A stretch of 64,000 nucleotides of DNA from Patescibacteria group bacterium (GCA_004321885.1 SCQK01000004.1:22684-86683); one strand, 5' to 3'. Positions 1 through 9,290 are shown, counted from the stretch's first letter. Numbers and translations are program-made. The notes: a model not told the origin generated them from the letters alone.

Positions 1-370
1 CGTCTTTGTACACGCGATAAGTGTCGGGAAAAAAATATCCCTCATACGACACGCCATCGGGCTTACCAGAAAGCAAAGGAAAAATTTCAGCGCCGCTGTC
101 GTCCCTAAAATTCAACACCGGCGCGCTTTTGCCAAAGGCCGCGTAATTATAGGCCGGCTGGCCCAGCTTGCCGTAAAATTCATCATCATTTTTCACTATG
201 TTATTTTTCACCAGCATCTCCGCCACCTGCCGCAAATTCCAGCCCGGAATTATGGTGATATTTATTTCCTCTCTGGGAATAATCGGCGCGGGTTTGGGCC
301 TGGCCGATTTTTTTATTAAAAAAAATACAGCGACTCCGATGATTATTACGACAAGCAAAATTTTTTTCAT
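1..370 (-). CDS. mltG: Endolytic murein transglycosylase MltG/YceG-like, N-terminal part; the gene runs off the window start
   Basis: Reverse-strand translation from the ATG at 370..368 gives MKKILLVVIIIGVAVFFLIKK, a TM anchor, then ...PDGVSYEGYFFPDTYRVYKD, the YceG/MltG hallmark. It overlaps the stop of the upstream gene (ATGA). It is absent from the ORF track because it runs off the edge. Confidence 0.6.
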   Translation of the reverse strand, partial: MKKILLVVIIIGVAVFFLIKKSARPKPAPIIPREEINITIIPGWNLRQVAEMLVKNNIVKNDDEFYGKLGQPAYNYAAFGKSAPVLNFRDDSGAEIFPLLSGKPDGVSYEGYFFPDTYRVYKD

Positions 371-1062
371 AACGGCATAAACAATCTCTCCGCGAGCCGG
401 TACTTCTCCAAAGTATCGGTCGGAAACCACTGTTCCTTGTGATGATAGGCATAAACCATTCCCTGCCCGGCCAGCGCCTCAAAACACTGCCTCTCTATGG
501 ATGAAACCCCGTCCGGCAAAATGTCCAGGGCTTTCTTGCGGAGCACAAACGCGCCCGCGTTTATCAAATTGCCCGGCGCTTCTTCTTTTTTGGGCTTTTC
601 CACGAAACCGATAATTTTATCGCCCTCCAGCAAAGCCACGCCAAAATGTTCCACGTCTTCTCTGGGGGTAAGGGTCATGGTGATGAGACCTGGGTTAGCC
701 GCGTGGACTTTGACCAGTTCCGTAATATCAACATTCATCAAATTGTCCCCCCAAATTAGAACAAATTCATCGGCCAAATTTTGCGCCGCCTGTTTTACCG
801 CGCCGCCCGTGCCCAGGGGTTCGCTTTCCACCGAGTACGTCAAATTCGCGCCCAACGCGGCGCCGTCCTTAAAATATTCCCTGATTTTATCCGCGTGATA
901 ACTGACGGCCAAAGTAATGTCTTTGATGCCATGCGCCAGTAAATTTTCAATCGCGTACTGCATAGTGGGCCTGCCTCGCACCGGAAGCAGCGGCTTGGGA
1001 GTATTGTCCGTAAGCGGCCGCAGGCGCGTGCCCAGCCCCCCGACTAAAATTATCGCTTGCAT
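367..1062 (-). CDS. Sugar-phosphate nucleotidyltransferase (mannose-1-P guanylyltransferase / glucose-1-P thymidylyltransferase-like)
   Basis: N-terminal GGxGTRLxPLT NTP-transferase motif (ILVGGLGTRLRPLTDNTPKPLLPV). The stop codon is TGA. Confidence 0.7.
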   Translation of the reverse strand: MQAIILVGGLGTRLRPLTDNTPKPLLPVRGRPTMQYAIENLLAHGIKDITLAVSYHADKIREYFKDGAALGANLTYSVESEPLGTGGAVKQAAQNLADEFVLIWGDNLMNVDITELVKVHAANPGLITMTLTPREDVEHFGVALLEGDKIIGFVEKPKKEEAPGNLINAGAFVLRKKALDILPDGVSSIERQCFEALAGQGMVYAYHHKEQWFPTDTLEKYRLAERLFMPL

Positions 1063-1111
1063 ATTGGTGTATTCTACCAGCTAATTCCGCGTTGCGCAAG
1101 ATGCCGGTCTC

Positions 1112-1140
1112 TTGAAAAAAAACAGCTAAAATGGTATGAT
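1112..1140 (+). promoter_or_regulatory. sigma70-like promoter upstream of the tRNA (TTGAAA-17-TATGAT)
   Basis: TTGAAA at 1112..1117, a 17-nt spacer, TATGAT at 1135..1140, about 15 nt before the tRNA 5' end. Confidence 0.4.
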
Positions 1141-1154
1141 TCCCGCCGAAATAC

Positions 1155-1227
1155 GCGCCTGTAGCTCATCGGTTAGAGCAATTGCCTTATAAGCAATGGG
1201 CAGATGGTCCGACTCCATCCAGGCGCA
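1155..1227 (+). tRNA. tRNA with anticodon UAU (Ile, AUA-decoding); no CCA encoded
   Basis: Hand-folded cloverleaf: acceptor GCGCCUG/CAGGCGC, D-arm GCUC-AUCGGUUA-GAGC, anticodon stem AUUGC/GCAAU with loop C-U-UAU-A-A, 5-nt variable loop, T-arm GAUGG-UCCGACU-CCAUC. Confidence 0.7.
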
Positions 1228-1234
1228 CGAATAA

Positions 1235-1891
1235 TTGTATATGTTTTACAAAAACATCCCAAAACCCGGCGCTAATTTTAGAGCCAAGACCGGACTAAGC
1301 AGTTTTCAAAGAAGAATAAAAAGCGCCGCCTTCTATAATTCCGCCAGTCCGCAGGCCGCGCTAAAACTTCATCCAAAAGCCGTTGACGCCCTCATCGGGC
1401 AGGTGGCCGCCAAAGAAAACGTCATCAGGCAAAACAAACTGACTTCCTATCACGTTACTAAAATGCGCGCGAACATTAAAAAAGCCGACCCTACCCTAAC
1501 CAAAGTCAGCGAGGCGATTATTCGTAAAACCCTCACCGGACTCACGGCCCAGGCCGCCAAAGAACAATCCCCGCAAGAAAAAAAGGCAATTATCGCGCGT
1601 AATCTGGCGCGGCGGCGCGAGGCTGATTCCGAACAGCAAAACCAAAACCAGCTTCGCCAGGGCACAATCAGCAGTATGAATAGGCGGTTTATAAAGGGTT
1701 CGGCCACTGCGCTCGGAAGACGTGGATACGAAACCACGCCGGACAAACTCGGTTCTCGCAACGCCACCTATGGCAGTATAGACGCCAAAGTAAAAGCCGC
1801 TCAATACGCCAAAAAAGAAGTCAAGGGTTCGGCGATTGGGCCGGTAAAGCCCTCGGCCAAACGACCGCCTCTCATGGATTTAGCGATTTAG
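1235..1891 (+). CDS. Hypothetical K/A/Q-rich protein
   Basis: 218-aa ORF that fills the gap between the tRNA and rluA; its stop is 4 nt before the rluA start. No recognizable domain and low complexity. Confidence 0.35.
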   Translation: MYMFYKNIPKPGANFRAKTGLSSFQRRIKSAAFYNSASPQAALKLHPKAVDALIGQVAAKENVIRQNKLTSYHVTKMRANIKKADPTLTKVSEAIIRKTLTGLTAQAAKEQSPQEKKAIIARNLARRREADSEQQNQNQLRQGTISSMNRRFIKGSATALGRRGYETTPDKLGSRNATYGSIDAKVKAAQYAKKEVKGSAIGPVKPSAKRPPLMDLAI

Positions 1892-1894
1892 CGC

Positions 1895-2656
1895 ATGCCC
1901 AAGCAACCTTATAAAATCATTGCTGAAACTGCGGATTATCTGGTGGTGGAAAAACCGGCCGGCCTGTTGACGCATTCCACCGCCAAACGCGAGCCAGACT
2001 CACTGGCTGAGTTGTTGGCAAAAAAATACCCGGAAATGCGCGAGGTGGGCGACTCCCCGGCCGAACGCCCGGGCATTGCGCACCGGCTGGACAAAGAAGC
2101 CTCGGGCTTGCTGGCGGCGGCGCGCACCCAAAAGATGTTTGAACATTTGAAAAAACAGTTCCAGGAACGAACCGTGGAAAAAGAATACATCGCCCTGGTA
2201 CACGGCAAGGTGGCAAAAGATGTCGGCGAAATAAACTTCCCCATCGGCCGAGCGACGAACAAGGAGAGGATGGCGGCCAGGCCGTTTACCCCTCCCTCGC
2301 CACCACACCAAAAATTTTGGTGTGGTGGCGAGCCCTCCCCTTCTAAGGGGGAGGGGAAAATGGCCAGCACTGAATTTGAGGTGGAAAAGCGATTCATCAA
2401 TTTCACCCTATTGCGCGTCAAAATCCACACCGGCCGCATGCACCAGATTCGCGTTCATTTGCTCGCCTACGGCAACCCGCTCGTCGGCGACCCGCTCTAC
2501 ATCAAAAGAAAACAAAAGCGCAAATGGGACCAGGCGCTGGGACGACTTTTCTTGCACTGCGTAAAATTAGTGTTCAAAGATTTGAATGGGGCGCCGCGAA
2601 CATTTACTTCCCCGTTGCCGCTTGAATTGGAAAATTTTCTTAAAAAAATAAAGTAG
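1895..2656 (+). CDS. RluA-family pseudouridine synthase carrying a 24-aa in-frame insertion encoded by a palindromic repeat
   Basis: HRLDKEASG and GRMHQIRVHL motifs. The insertion FTPPSPPHQKFWCGGEPSPSKGEG sits between conserved segments. Confidence 0.8.
   Translation: MPKQPYKIIAETADYLVVEKPAGLLTHSTAKREPDSLAELLAKKYPEMREVGDSPAERPGIAHRLDKEASGLLAAARTQKMFEHLKKQFQERTVEKEYIALVHGKVAKDVGEINFPIGRATNKERMAARPFTPPSPPHQKFWCGGEPSPSKGEGKMASTEFEVEKRFINFTLLRVKIHTGRMHQIRVHLLAYGNPLVGDPLYIKRKQKRKWDQALGRLFLHCVKLVFKDLNGAPRTFTSPLPLELENFLKKIK
2297..2356. repeat. Near-perfect 35-bp palindrome (TCGCCACCACACC..GGTGTGGTGGCGA) plus a family-A GC-rich palindromic element, in frame inside rluA
   Basis: Arms 2297..2309 and 2319..2331 are exact reverse complements. 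CCCTCCCCTTCTAAGGGGGAGGGG lies at 2333..2356. Confidence 0.8.
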
Positions 2657-2657
2657 T

Positions 2658-3242
2658 ATGGGACTTCTCGTCATCATCTCATCTCCCTCGGGCGGCGGCA
2701 AAGACTCGGTTATCAACGGGTTGCTTAAGATAATTCCCAATTCCGGACGCCTGGTAACCGTTACCTCTCGCCCGCCCCGCCCGGGCAATATGGAGGGAAT
2801 TGACTACCACTTCATCAGCCAAAAAGAATTTAAAAAACGGCTAAGCGAAAAATGTTTCTTTGAATATAATATGTATTCAAACCATTATTACGGCACGGAC
2901 AAACATCTGCTCAACGAGGCGCTGGCCAAATATGACGTTATATTTTCCCAAATTGAAATAAACGGCAAGCACAATCTGGACAAGGCCGGGGTGAAAAATT
3001 TGTCCATATTCTTGATGCCGGAAAATCTAAACGATTTGCGCCAAAGAATCGCGCGGCGGGGCGGTTTGACGCCGCAACAGATTGAAGAAAGGATGAAAAT
3101 CGCGGAGAAAGAGATGAAAGAATCGGCGGATTATGATTTTAGGGTGGTAAATAAAGAAGGAAAGCTGGATAAAACCATAGAGCGGGTAAAAAAGATAATC
3201 TTGACAAAAATGAGAAAAAAAGATAGAATGCCTGGTACTTAA
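2658..3242 (+). CDS. gmk: Guanylate kinase
   Basis: P-loop SSPSGGGKDS, TSRPPRPGNMEGIDYHF (the TTRPPR motif), about 190 aa. Confidence 0.85.
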   Translation: MGLLVIISSPSGGGKDSVINGLLKIIPNSGRLVTVTSRPPRPGNMEGIDYHFISQKEFKKRLSEKCFFEYNMYSNHYYGTDKHLLNEALAKYDVIFSQIEINGKHNLDKAGVKNLSIFLMPENLNDLRQRIARRGGLTPQQIEERMKIAEKEMKESADYDFRVVNKEGKLDKTIERVKKIILTKMRKKDRMPGT

Positions 3243-3251
3243 AACAACTGG

Positions 3252-3276
3252 ATTCCCCCGACTAAGTCGGGGGAAT
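3252..3276. repeat. Family-B hairpin ATTCCCCCGACTAAGTCGGGGGAAT overlapping the rplS ribosome-binding site (RBS) and first ATG
   Basis: A 10-bp perfect stem. The 3' arm GGGGGAA is the only SD-like sequence for rplS. Confidence 0.7.
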
Positions 3277-3619
3277 GACAATTATGACCGAAACAACCAC
3301 AAAAGCGGCAGTCTACAAGCCCGGCATGACCGTGAAGGTGCACCAAAAAATCAGGGAATTAAACGTTAAAGGCGAGGAAAAAGAACGCATTCAGATTTTT
3401 GAAGGCATGATTATCGCGGCCAAGCACGGCAATGAGCCGGGCGCCACCATTACGGTGCGCAAGGTTTCAGGCGGCGTGGGCGTGGAAAAAATTTTCCCGA
3501 TTCATTCGCCCATCATAGAGAAAATAGAGGTGGAGCGCGAATACGCGGTGCGGCGCGCCAAACTCCACTATCTGCGCGACCCGAAATTTAAGAGGCGGCT
3601 GAAAGAGAAAACGAAGTAA
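3275..3619 (+). CDS. rplS: 50S ribosomal protein L19
   Basis: [65 protein letters not shown] matches the L19 family. An alternative start lies at 3284. Confidence 0.85.
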   Translation: MTIMTETTTKAAVYKPGMTVKVHQKIRELNVKGEEKERIQIFEGMIIAAKHGNEPGATITVRKVSGGVGVEKIFPIHSPIIEKIEVEREYAVRRAKLHYLRDPKFKRRLKEKTK

Positions 3620-3628
3620 ATAAAAAAA

Positions 3629-3705
3629 CTGGCTCCATACTCTGTGTGGAGCCAGTTTGCAATACGGCTCCACAGCCCCGACTAAGTCGGGGACTATGGA
3701 GCCAG
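3629..3705. mobile_element. MITE-like family-B element with two stacked hairpins, in reverse orientation relative to the copies at 13683
   Basis: CTGGCTCCATACTCTGTGTGGAGCCAG + TTTGCAATAC + GGCTCCACAGCCCCGACTAAGTCGGGGACTATGGAGCC. It is the reverse complement of the 13683..13769 unit except for the central loop base. Confidence 0.7.
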
Positions 3706-3733
3706 CTACTGACCAGCGATTGGGAGCGGGATT

Positions 3734-6658
3734 TTATCCTTTTAAGTACTTCCCGGTCCAGCTTTTTTTGCTCTTCATAATATCACGCGGAGCGCCCGCG
3801 GCCACAATCTCTCCGCCCTTGTCCCCGCCCTCTGGCCCCATGTCTATCACCCAATCGGCTGAACGTATCACGTCCAGATTGTGCTCTATCACCAGCACGG
3901 TGTTGCCTTTGGCCACCAATCTGTTCAACACTTCCAACAAATGTTTTATATCTTCAAAATGCAAGCCAGTGGTGGGTTCGTCCAAAATATATAATGAATG
4001 TCCGGACGCGCTGCGCGACAGCTCGGCGGACAGCTTTATTCTCTGGGCTTCGCCGCCCGAAACCGTGGTGGCCGGCTGGCCCAGCTGAACATAGCCCAAA
4101 CCGATTTCGCGCAACACGCCCAACTTGCCGGCGATGGGCGGAACGTCGTTAAAAAAAGCAAAGGCCTCGTCTACGGTCATACGCAAGACATCGGCGATAT
4201 TCTTGTTGCGGTAATGTATCTCCAGGGCCTCGCGATTATAGCGGTCTCCGCCGCACTCATTGCACTGCATGTACACGTCGGCCAAAAATTGCATGGGGAT
4301 GCGCACATAGCCCTCACCGGCGCAGGCCTCGCAACGGCCCCCGCCCTTCACGTTAAAACTGAACTTGCCGGCGTCGTAGCCGTTCATTTTGGCTTCGGGC
4401 AAACCGGCGAACAAATCGCGAATCAAAGTAAACAGCCCCGTGTACGTAGCCGGATTACTGCGCGGGGTGCGGCCGATGGGCGACTGGTCCACGGTAATTA
4501 CTTTGTCAATATTTTCAATGCCTTTAATTTTTTTGTGCTCGCCCGGCAAATCTTTGGCCCGATAAAAATGGCGGGCCAGCTGTCTGCCCAAAATATCCAC
4601 GATGAGCGAAGACTTGCCCGAACCAGACACGCCGGTCACGCACACGAATTTGCCCAAGGGGATGTCGGCGTCCACATTTTTCAAATTAAAGGCCCTGGCG
4701 CCGAGGATAGAAATTTTTTTGTTGGATTTTTGCAGACGCGCCCCCATTTTTATGGGCAGGACGCCCCGGCCGACTAGATACTTTCCCGTAACCGATTTTT
4801 TATTTTTTTTTATCTGTTGTAAACTGCCGGCCGCCACGATTTCGCCGCCGGAGAGGCCGGCGCCCGGCCCCATATCAATTAAATAATCCGCGCCGGCCAT
4901 CATAGCGCTGTCGTGCTCCACCACTATTACAGTGTTGCCCAAATCGCGCAAAAATTTCAGGGCGCCGATGAGTTTGGCGTTGTCTTTGGGATGCAGGCCC
5001 ACCGAAGGCTCGTCTAAAATATATATAATGCCGGTAAGGCCCGACGACAGCTGGCCGGCCAAACGCACGCGCGTCACCTCTCCACCCGAGAGCGTGTTCA
5101 TGGCGCGCCCCAGCGACAAGTATCCCAAGCCCACCTCCTGTAAATTTTGCAAGCGCTTGATTGTTTCTTTGATGATGGTTTCACCGTGCTGGGCAAAAAC
5201 TTTGCCTCCCATCCCCCATTTGTCCCCCCCTCTGGCAGAGGAAGAAAGCTTTTCCAAAACCGACACGGCTTGCCCGGCCGACAGCTCGGAAATATCCGCG
5301 ATGCTGTACTGGCCCAGCTTCACGGCCAATGACTCCACGCGCAAACGTTTGCCATGGCACAGGGAACACACCTGCTCGCGCATGTACTGTTCTATTTCAC
5401 CGCGCACATAATCAGAATCGGTCTCCAAATGCCGCTGGGTCAGATTGGTAATCACCCCGGAAAAAACGGTTTTCTTTCCGTCTATTTCGTATGTCTCGTT
5501 GTCGCCGTACAAAATCAGCTTCATCTGCGCATCGGAAAGTTCTGCTACTGGCGCATTCAGAGAAAAATCATGTTTCTGCGCGACCGCGGCCAGAATTTTT
5601 TGGTACCACGTTTGATTGCCGGTAATGCGGGTCCAGGGCTGGATAGCGCCCTCGGCCAAAGTAAGCCGCTTGTTAGGCGCCACCAGCTCCGGGTCAACTT
5701 CCATGGTCACGCCCAAACCAGTACAACGCGGGCAGGCGCCATAAGGGCTGTTAAAACTAAAACTGCGCATGTCAATCGCCGGCATTACTTTGCCGCATTT
5801 AGCGCACAGCCCTTCGGTGGAAAACAACACTTCCCTCCCCCTTTTTAAGGGGAAGGCGGGGTGGGGGTAAGACGCCGCAATCACACTGCCGTTGCTCAAA
5901 TCCAAGGCCGTCTCCACCATTTTGGCGATGTTGGGCTGTTTCTTGGCATTCTGGGTGGAAATATTTCCCACCACCAGTTCCACGTTGTATTTTTTATTGG
6001 GCAAAAAACCAAAACGCGCGAATTCGTTTAGTTTCATCAGCTCGCCGTTTACCCGCACCGTGTCAAAACCCGACTTTTCCACTTTGTCCAGCAATGCGGC
6101 ATGACTGGGTTCCCCTCCCCCTTTTAGAGCTTGTCCCGAACTTGTTTCGGGAGGGAGGACAGAGGAGGGGGTATTTGGCGAGGATGGGGTCAATGGAGAC
6201 AACACCCACACCTCGGAACTATTCCGCGTCATCTTTCTCACTTCCTCGGTAATCTGGCCGGGCGTAAACGACATCACTGGCACGCCGCAACCGGGGCAGT
6301 ATTGCGCGCCCACGCGCGCGAAGAGCAAACGCAAATAATCGTAAATCTCGGTGATAGTGCCCACGGTGGAACGCGGATTCTGCGAAGAACTTTTCTGGCC
6401 GATGGCGATGGTGGGAGAAAGCCCCTCCACGCTGTCCACGTCCGGCTTGTCGCGCACGTCCATAAACTGGCGCGCGAAAGAAGACAGCGACTCGGCGTAG
6501 CGGCGCTGGCCCTCGGCGTAAATTGTGTCAAAGGCGAGCGAGGATTTTCCCGAACCGGACAAGCCGGTAATCACTACCAGCTTGTTCTTGGGAATTTCCA
6601 CGTTTATATTCTTCAAGTTGTGTACTCTCGCCCCTTTGATGATTATTTTATCAGCCAT
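3734..6658 (-). CDS. uvrA: Excinuclease ABC subunit A (UvrA) with two in-frame family-A repeat insertions
   Basis: 974 aa. Two ABC ATPase modules with Walker [11 protein letters not shown] and [10 protein letters not shown], signature LSGGE twice, and zinc-finger cysteines. Collinear with E. coli UvrA apart from the short inserts. Confidence 0.95.
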   Translation of the reverse strand: MADKIIIKGARVHNLKNINVEIPKNKLVVITGLSGSGKSSLAFDTIYAEGQRRYAESLSSFARQFMDVRDKPDVDSVEGLSPTIAIGQKSSSQNPRSTVGTITEIYDYLRLLFARVGAQYCPGCGVPVMSFTPGQITEEVRKMTRNSSEVWVLSPLTPSSPNTPSSVLPPETSSGQALKGGGEPSHAALLDKVEKSGFDTVRVNGELMKLNEFARFGFLPNKKYNVELVVGNISTQNAKKQPNIAKMVETALDLSNGSVIAASYPHPAFPLKRGREVLFSTEGLCAKCGKVMPAIDMRSFSFNSPYGACPRCTGLGVTMEVDPELVAPNKRLTLAEGAIQPWTRITGNQTWYQKILAAVAQKHDFSLNAPVAELSDAQMKLILYGDNETYEIDGKKTVFSGVITNLTQRHLETDSDYVRGEIEQYMREQVCSLCHGKRLRVESLAVKLGQYSIADISELSAGQAVSVLEKLSSSARGGDKWGMGGKVFAQHGETIIKETIKRLQNLQEVGLGYLSLGRAMNTLSGGEVTRVRLAGQLSSGLTGIIYILDEPSVGLHPKDNAKLIGALKFLRDLGNTVIVVEHDSAMMAGADYLIDMGPGAGLSGGEIVAAGSLQQIKKNKKSVTGKYLVGRGVLPIKMGARLQKSNKKISILGARAFNLKNVDADIPLGKFVCVTGVSGSGKSSLIVDILGRQLARHFYRAKDLPGEHKKIKGIENIDKVITVDQSPIGRTPRSNPATYTGLFTLIRDLFAGLPEAKMNGYDAGKFSFNVKGGGRCEACAGEGYVRIPMQFLADVYMQCNECGGDRYNREALEIHYRNKNIADVLRMTVDEAFAFFNDVPPIAGKLGVLREIGLGYVQLGQPATTVSGGEAQRIKLSAELSRSASGHSLYILDEPTTGLHFEDIKHLLEVLNRLVAKGNTVLVIEHNLDVIRSADWVIDMGPEGGDKGGEIVAAGAPRDIMKSKKSWTGKYLKG
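5832..5868. repeat. Family-A GC-rich palindromic element, in frame in uvrA (encodes ..[15 protein letters not shown]..)
   Basis: CCCTCCCCCTTTTTAAGGGGAAGGCGGGGTGGGGGTA. The uvrA reading frame is uninterrupted. Confidence 0.8.
6112..6173. repeat. Family-A element split by a small internal palindrome, in frame in uvrA (encodes ..[31 protein letters not shown]..)
   Basis: CCCCTCCCCCTTTT..[AGAGCTTGTCCCGAACTTGTTTCGGGAGGGAGGACAG]..AGGAGGGGGTA. Confidence 0.75.
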
Positions 6659-6942
6659 ATAATTGCTATCAAGCCATTATATGCACAAAATACGCCCGTG
6701 TCAACTTCTGCGCCGACAGCCCCATTATATTTCCCAAACCTTAATTATCGGGTAGGAAGCAATTAAATTTTTTCCACATCAAAACACGCGATTTGTAATT
6801 CAAAAAATCCCGTCTTTTCATTATTGAGATTGAAGATATTTATCTCGCTCCATCATTTTCCTTCTTTGCGCCTCAAAACCGATTAACGCTGACAGTAAGT
6901 TATCTATGACCACGCTACAAGTAACGATAATCTCGCCGTATT

Positions 6943-8445
6943 TCACAATGTTTTGTCTTTCCCCCATGGCAGACAGTCGGTTTTATCCGCCCACCCAAGC
7001 ACTGATGACATAATCGTGCCAGCCGTTGCATTATCAATCGCCGGAAATTCGCCTCTATCTATTTTTATATCGCAAAGATAACCTCTTTTTAACTCATCCA
7101 CGGTTATTAAATATTTTTTTATTAATGGAAGTACGCCATTAAGGAGTTTAAGCTCGCTATACGAATAAATATAGGAACACGAACAGCGGGCATCCTTGGC
7201 GCCTTTGCAATTGTCGTTTCCCGCGTTCACCAAGGCTTTTGATAAATTCACGCTGCACGAATGCGACCCGGGTCCGGCCTGCCCCACAGCCATCCAATCA
7301 TCTATGCCCCAAGAAAAAGGCATTCCTTCCATGAATCTGCCGGTGGCGCCTGACTCGTCGTTCACTTCCACCCCCAGATAAAAACCAACCGGGTCAGCCC
7401 CATTTTTACAGATTTTTTCCACATTTTTCACGGGGAAAATATATGACCTACCTTTTTCATCAACATCTATCTTATCGCCAACCTGCAACAAATTTTTGGC
7501 CGTGCCCCCGCTCTCCGGGTCCTCACAAATAGCTATTAATATTGCGTCGTTATTATTATCCACCACCGGCGCCCCGGCGAGCCCGAGGGTCCCGGGAATC
7601 TTGCCGGCCAGCATGCCGTCAGCGCAGTAATTCGGCTGTTGCTTGTCGCTGGAGCCGACATCAAAGCACACTTTTCCCTTTGGGCAATAATTTCCCCAGC
7701 AAGTCGCGGCGCCGCCTTTTTCCATAAAATACCGGTTGCCGCAATAAAAATTCTTATCATTATCGCTTTCCAGTTTAAGATTGTAATCTGGTTTCTCAAT
7801 CTTCACCGGCGAAACCTGGTCCTTGGCCAATGCCGCCACGGAAAATTTTGTGCCCTTGGGAGCCTCCAGACAGTACTGGGGCATGGTTGTCTGCTCTTTT
7901 ATCATATACACCTGGGGCAGACGCAAATCCACTGTGGCCGGATTGATGGCGTGCAAAATAAAATACGACATGTAGGCGATGAACAGGCCGATGAGCGCGC
8001 CGAAGATGCGCTTTTTGGCGCTGGTGATGCGCTCGCTGTTTCCGCCCGAGGTTGTCCATTGCACGCCGGCGATGATAATGACAATCACCGCCAGTATGGC
8101 CGCTATCTGCAGGGCGTACTTATAGAGCATGGCAATGAACTCGCCGACATTCTCAAAATCCTTCCGTCCGCCAAAAGCAATTTGCGTGGTGGTTTTGCCG
8201 GCCGGCAGACACATGCCCCAATCGCCCGCGCAAATCTGCGGATTTTTTACCCAGCCCTGGGCCGCGTCTTTTTTTTCGGCCCCGAATTTAATTCTGACCT
8301 GCTCGCATTCGTCTTTTTTCCAGCACAGCGGATTAAATTCAGGGATTTTACTAACGGCACTACCTTGAGCGAGAGCTGCCAAGGGGGCGACCAGGGATAC
8401 GAAGAGGAAAATTAAAAACAGAAACGCTGGTGTTTTTTTTAGCAT
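6943..8445 (-). CDS. Secreted/membrane Cys-rich protein with a signal peptide, a two-helix hydrophobic hairpin (pilin/VirB2-like topology) and a large Cys-rich C-terminal domain
   Basis: N-terminal MLKKTPAFLFLIFLFVSLVAPLAALAQG. Hydrophobic helices IAAILAVIVIIIAGVQW and IFGALIGLFIAYMSYFILHAI. More than 20 Cys in the remainder. Confidence 0.55.
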   Translation of the reverse strand: MLKKTPAFLFLIFLFVSLVAPLAALAQGSAVSKIPEFNPLCWKKDECEQVRIKFGAEKKDAAQGWVKNPQICAGDWGMCLPAGKTTTQIAFGGRKDFENVGEFIAMLYKYALQIAAILAVIVIIIAGVQWTTSGGNSERITSAKKRIFGALIGLFIAYMSYFILHAINPATVDLRLPQVYMIKEQTTMPQYCLEAPKGTKFSVAALAKDQVSPVKIEKPDYNLKLESDNDKNFYCGNRYFMEKGGAATCWGNYCPKGKVCFDVGSSDKQQPNYCADGMLAGKIPGTLGLAGAPVVDNNNDAILIAICEDPESGGTAKNLLQVGDKIDVDEKGRSYIFPVKNVEKICKNGADPVGFYLGVEVNDESGATGRFMEGMPFSWGIDDWMAVGQAGPGSHSCSVNLSKALVNAGNDNCKGAKDARCSCSYIYSYSELKLLNGVLPLIKKYLITVDELKRGYLCDIKIDRGEFPAIDNATAGTIMSSVLGWADKTDCLPWGKDKTL

Positions 8446-8467
8446 AAGACTTTATAAAGAATGCTTT

Positions 8468-8574
8468 AAATTTCCAATTTCCAATCAATGTCCAATGACC
8501 AATTACCAATATCCAATTTGGACATTTGGATTTTGGCATTGATTTGACATTGGAAATTTGTCATTTGTCATTTC
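8468..8574. repeat. AT-rich CCAAT-word repeat block (family C); direct repeat of the block at 9291..9410
   Basis: CCAATTTCCAATCAATGTCCAATGACCAATTACCAATATCCAATTTGGACATTTGGATTTTGGCATTGATTTGACATTGGAAATTTG. Internally it is quasi-palindromic. Confidence 0.7.
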
Positions 8575-9284
8575 GCCAACACCTTCTCCCACTCGCTCAT
8601 AGGCACTACGCCTTCCACTTTCTCGCTGTTGATAAAAAACGTGGGCGTGCCCTGCACCCCAAATCTAAATCCGTCAGCGTAATCGCGATTCACTTTCACT
8701 CCGGTCCGGCCCGAGTCCACGCATTCTTTTAATTTTTGCGCGTCCAGGTAGGCGGTATCGGCCAAAAACTTGTAATCCTCGCCGGCCAGCTCTTTACTAA
8801 ACGCGTCTTGATTGGAAAACAAGGCGTCGTGCGCCTCCCAAAAACGGCCCTGCTCGGCGGCGCAGGCCGCCACTATGGCAAACTTGTTCGCGCCCGGGTG
8901 AATTGACTCGGAGGGAAAAAGCCGGACCGTTAATTTCACTTTGTATCCATATTGGGCCATCATCTGGCGCATTATGGGCGCGGCCATTTTGGAATTTGGG
9001 CACTTGAAATCCACAAACTCCACAATGGAAATTTTGGCATTGGGATTGCCCAAAAACAGCCCGCCCCCTTCTAACTCGGCTCGGCCCGGCTTGGCCGCGG
9101 CGAGCGGCGTTTTTATGGACCGGTCAAAATTTCCGTAAAATGTCTGCCGCAGTTTCAGCCCCTCGCCATTTTTTATCTGCCGCCAGTACCCAATGGTATA
9201 AAAAACAAAAAGCGCCAAAAACAGCGCCAGCAAAGCGCCCAGCCCCAAAATCACGATAGCCCACCAGTGGTGATACCAACGCAT
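8568..9284 (-). CDS. DsbA-like thioredoxin-fold oxidoreductase with an N-terminal TM anchor and a single-Cys CPNS (CxxS) motif
   Basis: TM WWAIVILGLGALLALFLALFVFY. IVEFVDFKCPNSKM lies at the thioredoxin active-site position. The start is refined to MRWYHHWW, because the ORF-track N-terminus is encoded by the repeat. Confidence 0.6.
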   Translation of the reverse strand: MRWYHHWWAIVILGLGALLALFLALFVFYTIGYWRQIKNGEGLKLRQTFYGNFDRSIKTPLAAAKPGRAELEGGGLFLGNPNAKISIVEFVDFKCPNSKMAAPIMRQMMAQYGYKVKLTVRLFPSESIHPGANKFAIVAACAAEQGRFWEAHDALFSNQDAFSKELAGEDYKFLADTAYLDAQKLKECVDSGRTGVKVNRDYADGFRFGVQGTPTFFINSEKVEGVVPMSEWEKVLAK

Positions 9285-9290
9285 ATGTTG

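Noticed and set aside
367-369. An alternative genetic code (UGA as a sense codon, as in Gracilibacteria/Absconditabacteria)
   Set aside because: TGA terminates well-defined genes (the NTP-transferase at 367 and miaA at 25110), with ORF lengths matching the families.
2297-2356. An intein or self-splicing intron in rluA, uvrA or miaB
   Set aside because: The inserts are only 8-30 aa and lack intein motifs or intron structure. The palindromic DNA signature points to RPE-like repeat insertion.
3998-5848. Antisense ORFs inside uvrA (3998..4777, 4932..5411, 5354..5848 on the plus strand)
   Set aside because: The minus-strand frame encodes a full-length, collinear UvrA. The plus-strand ORFs have no motifs and are typical GC-frame artefacts.
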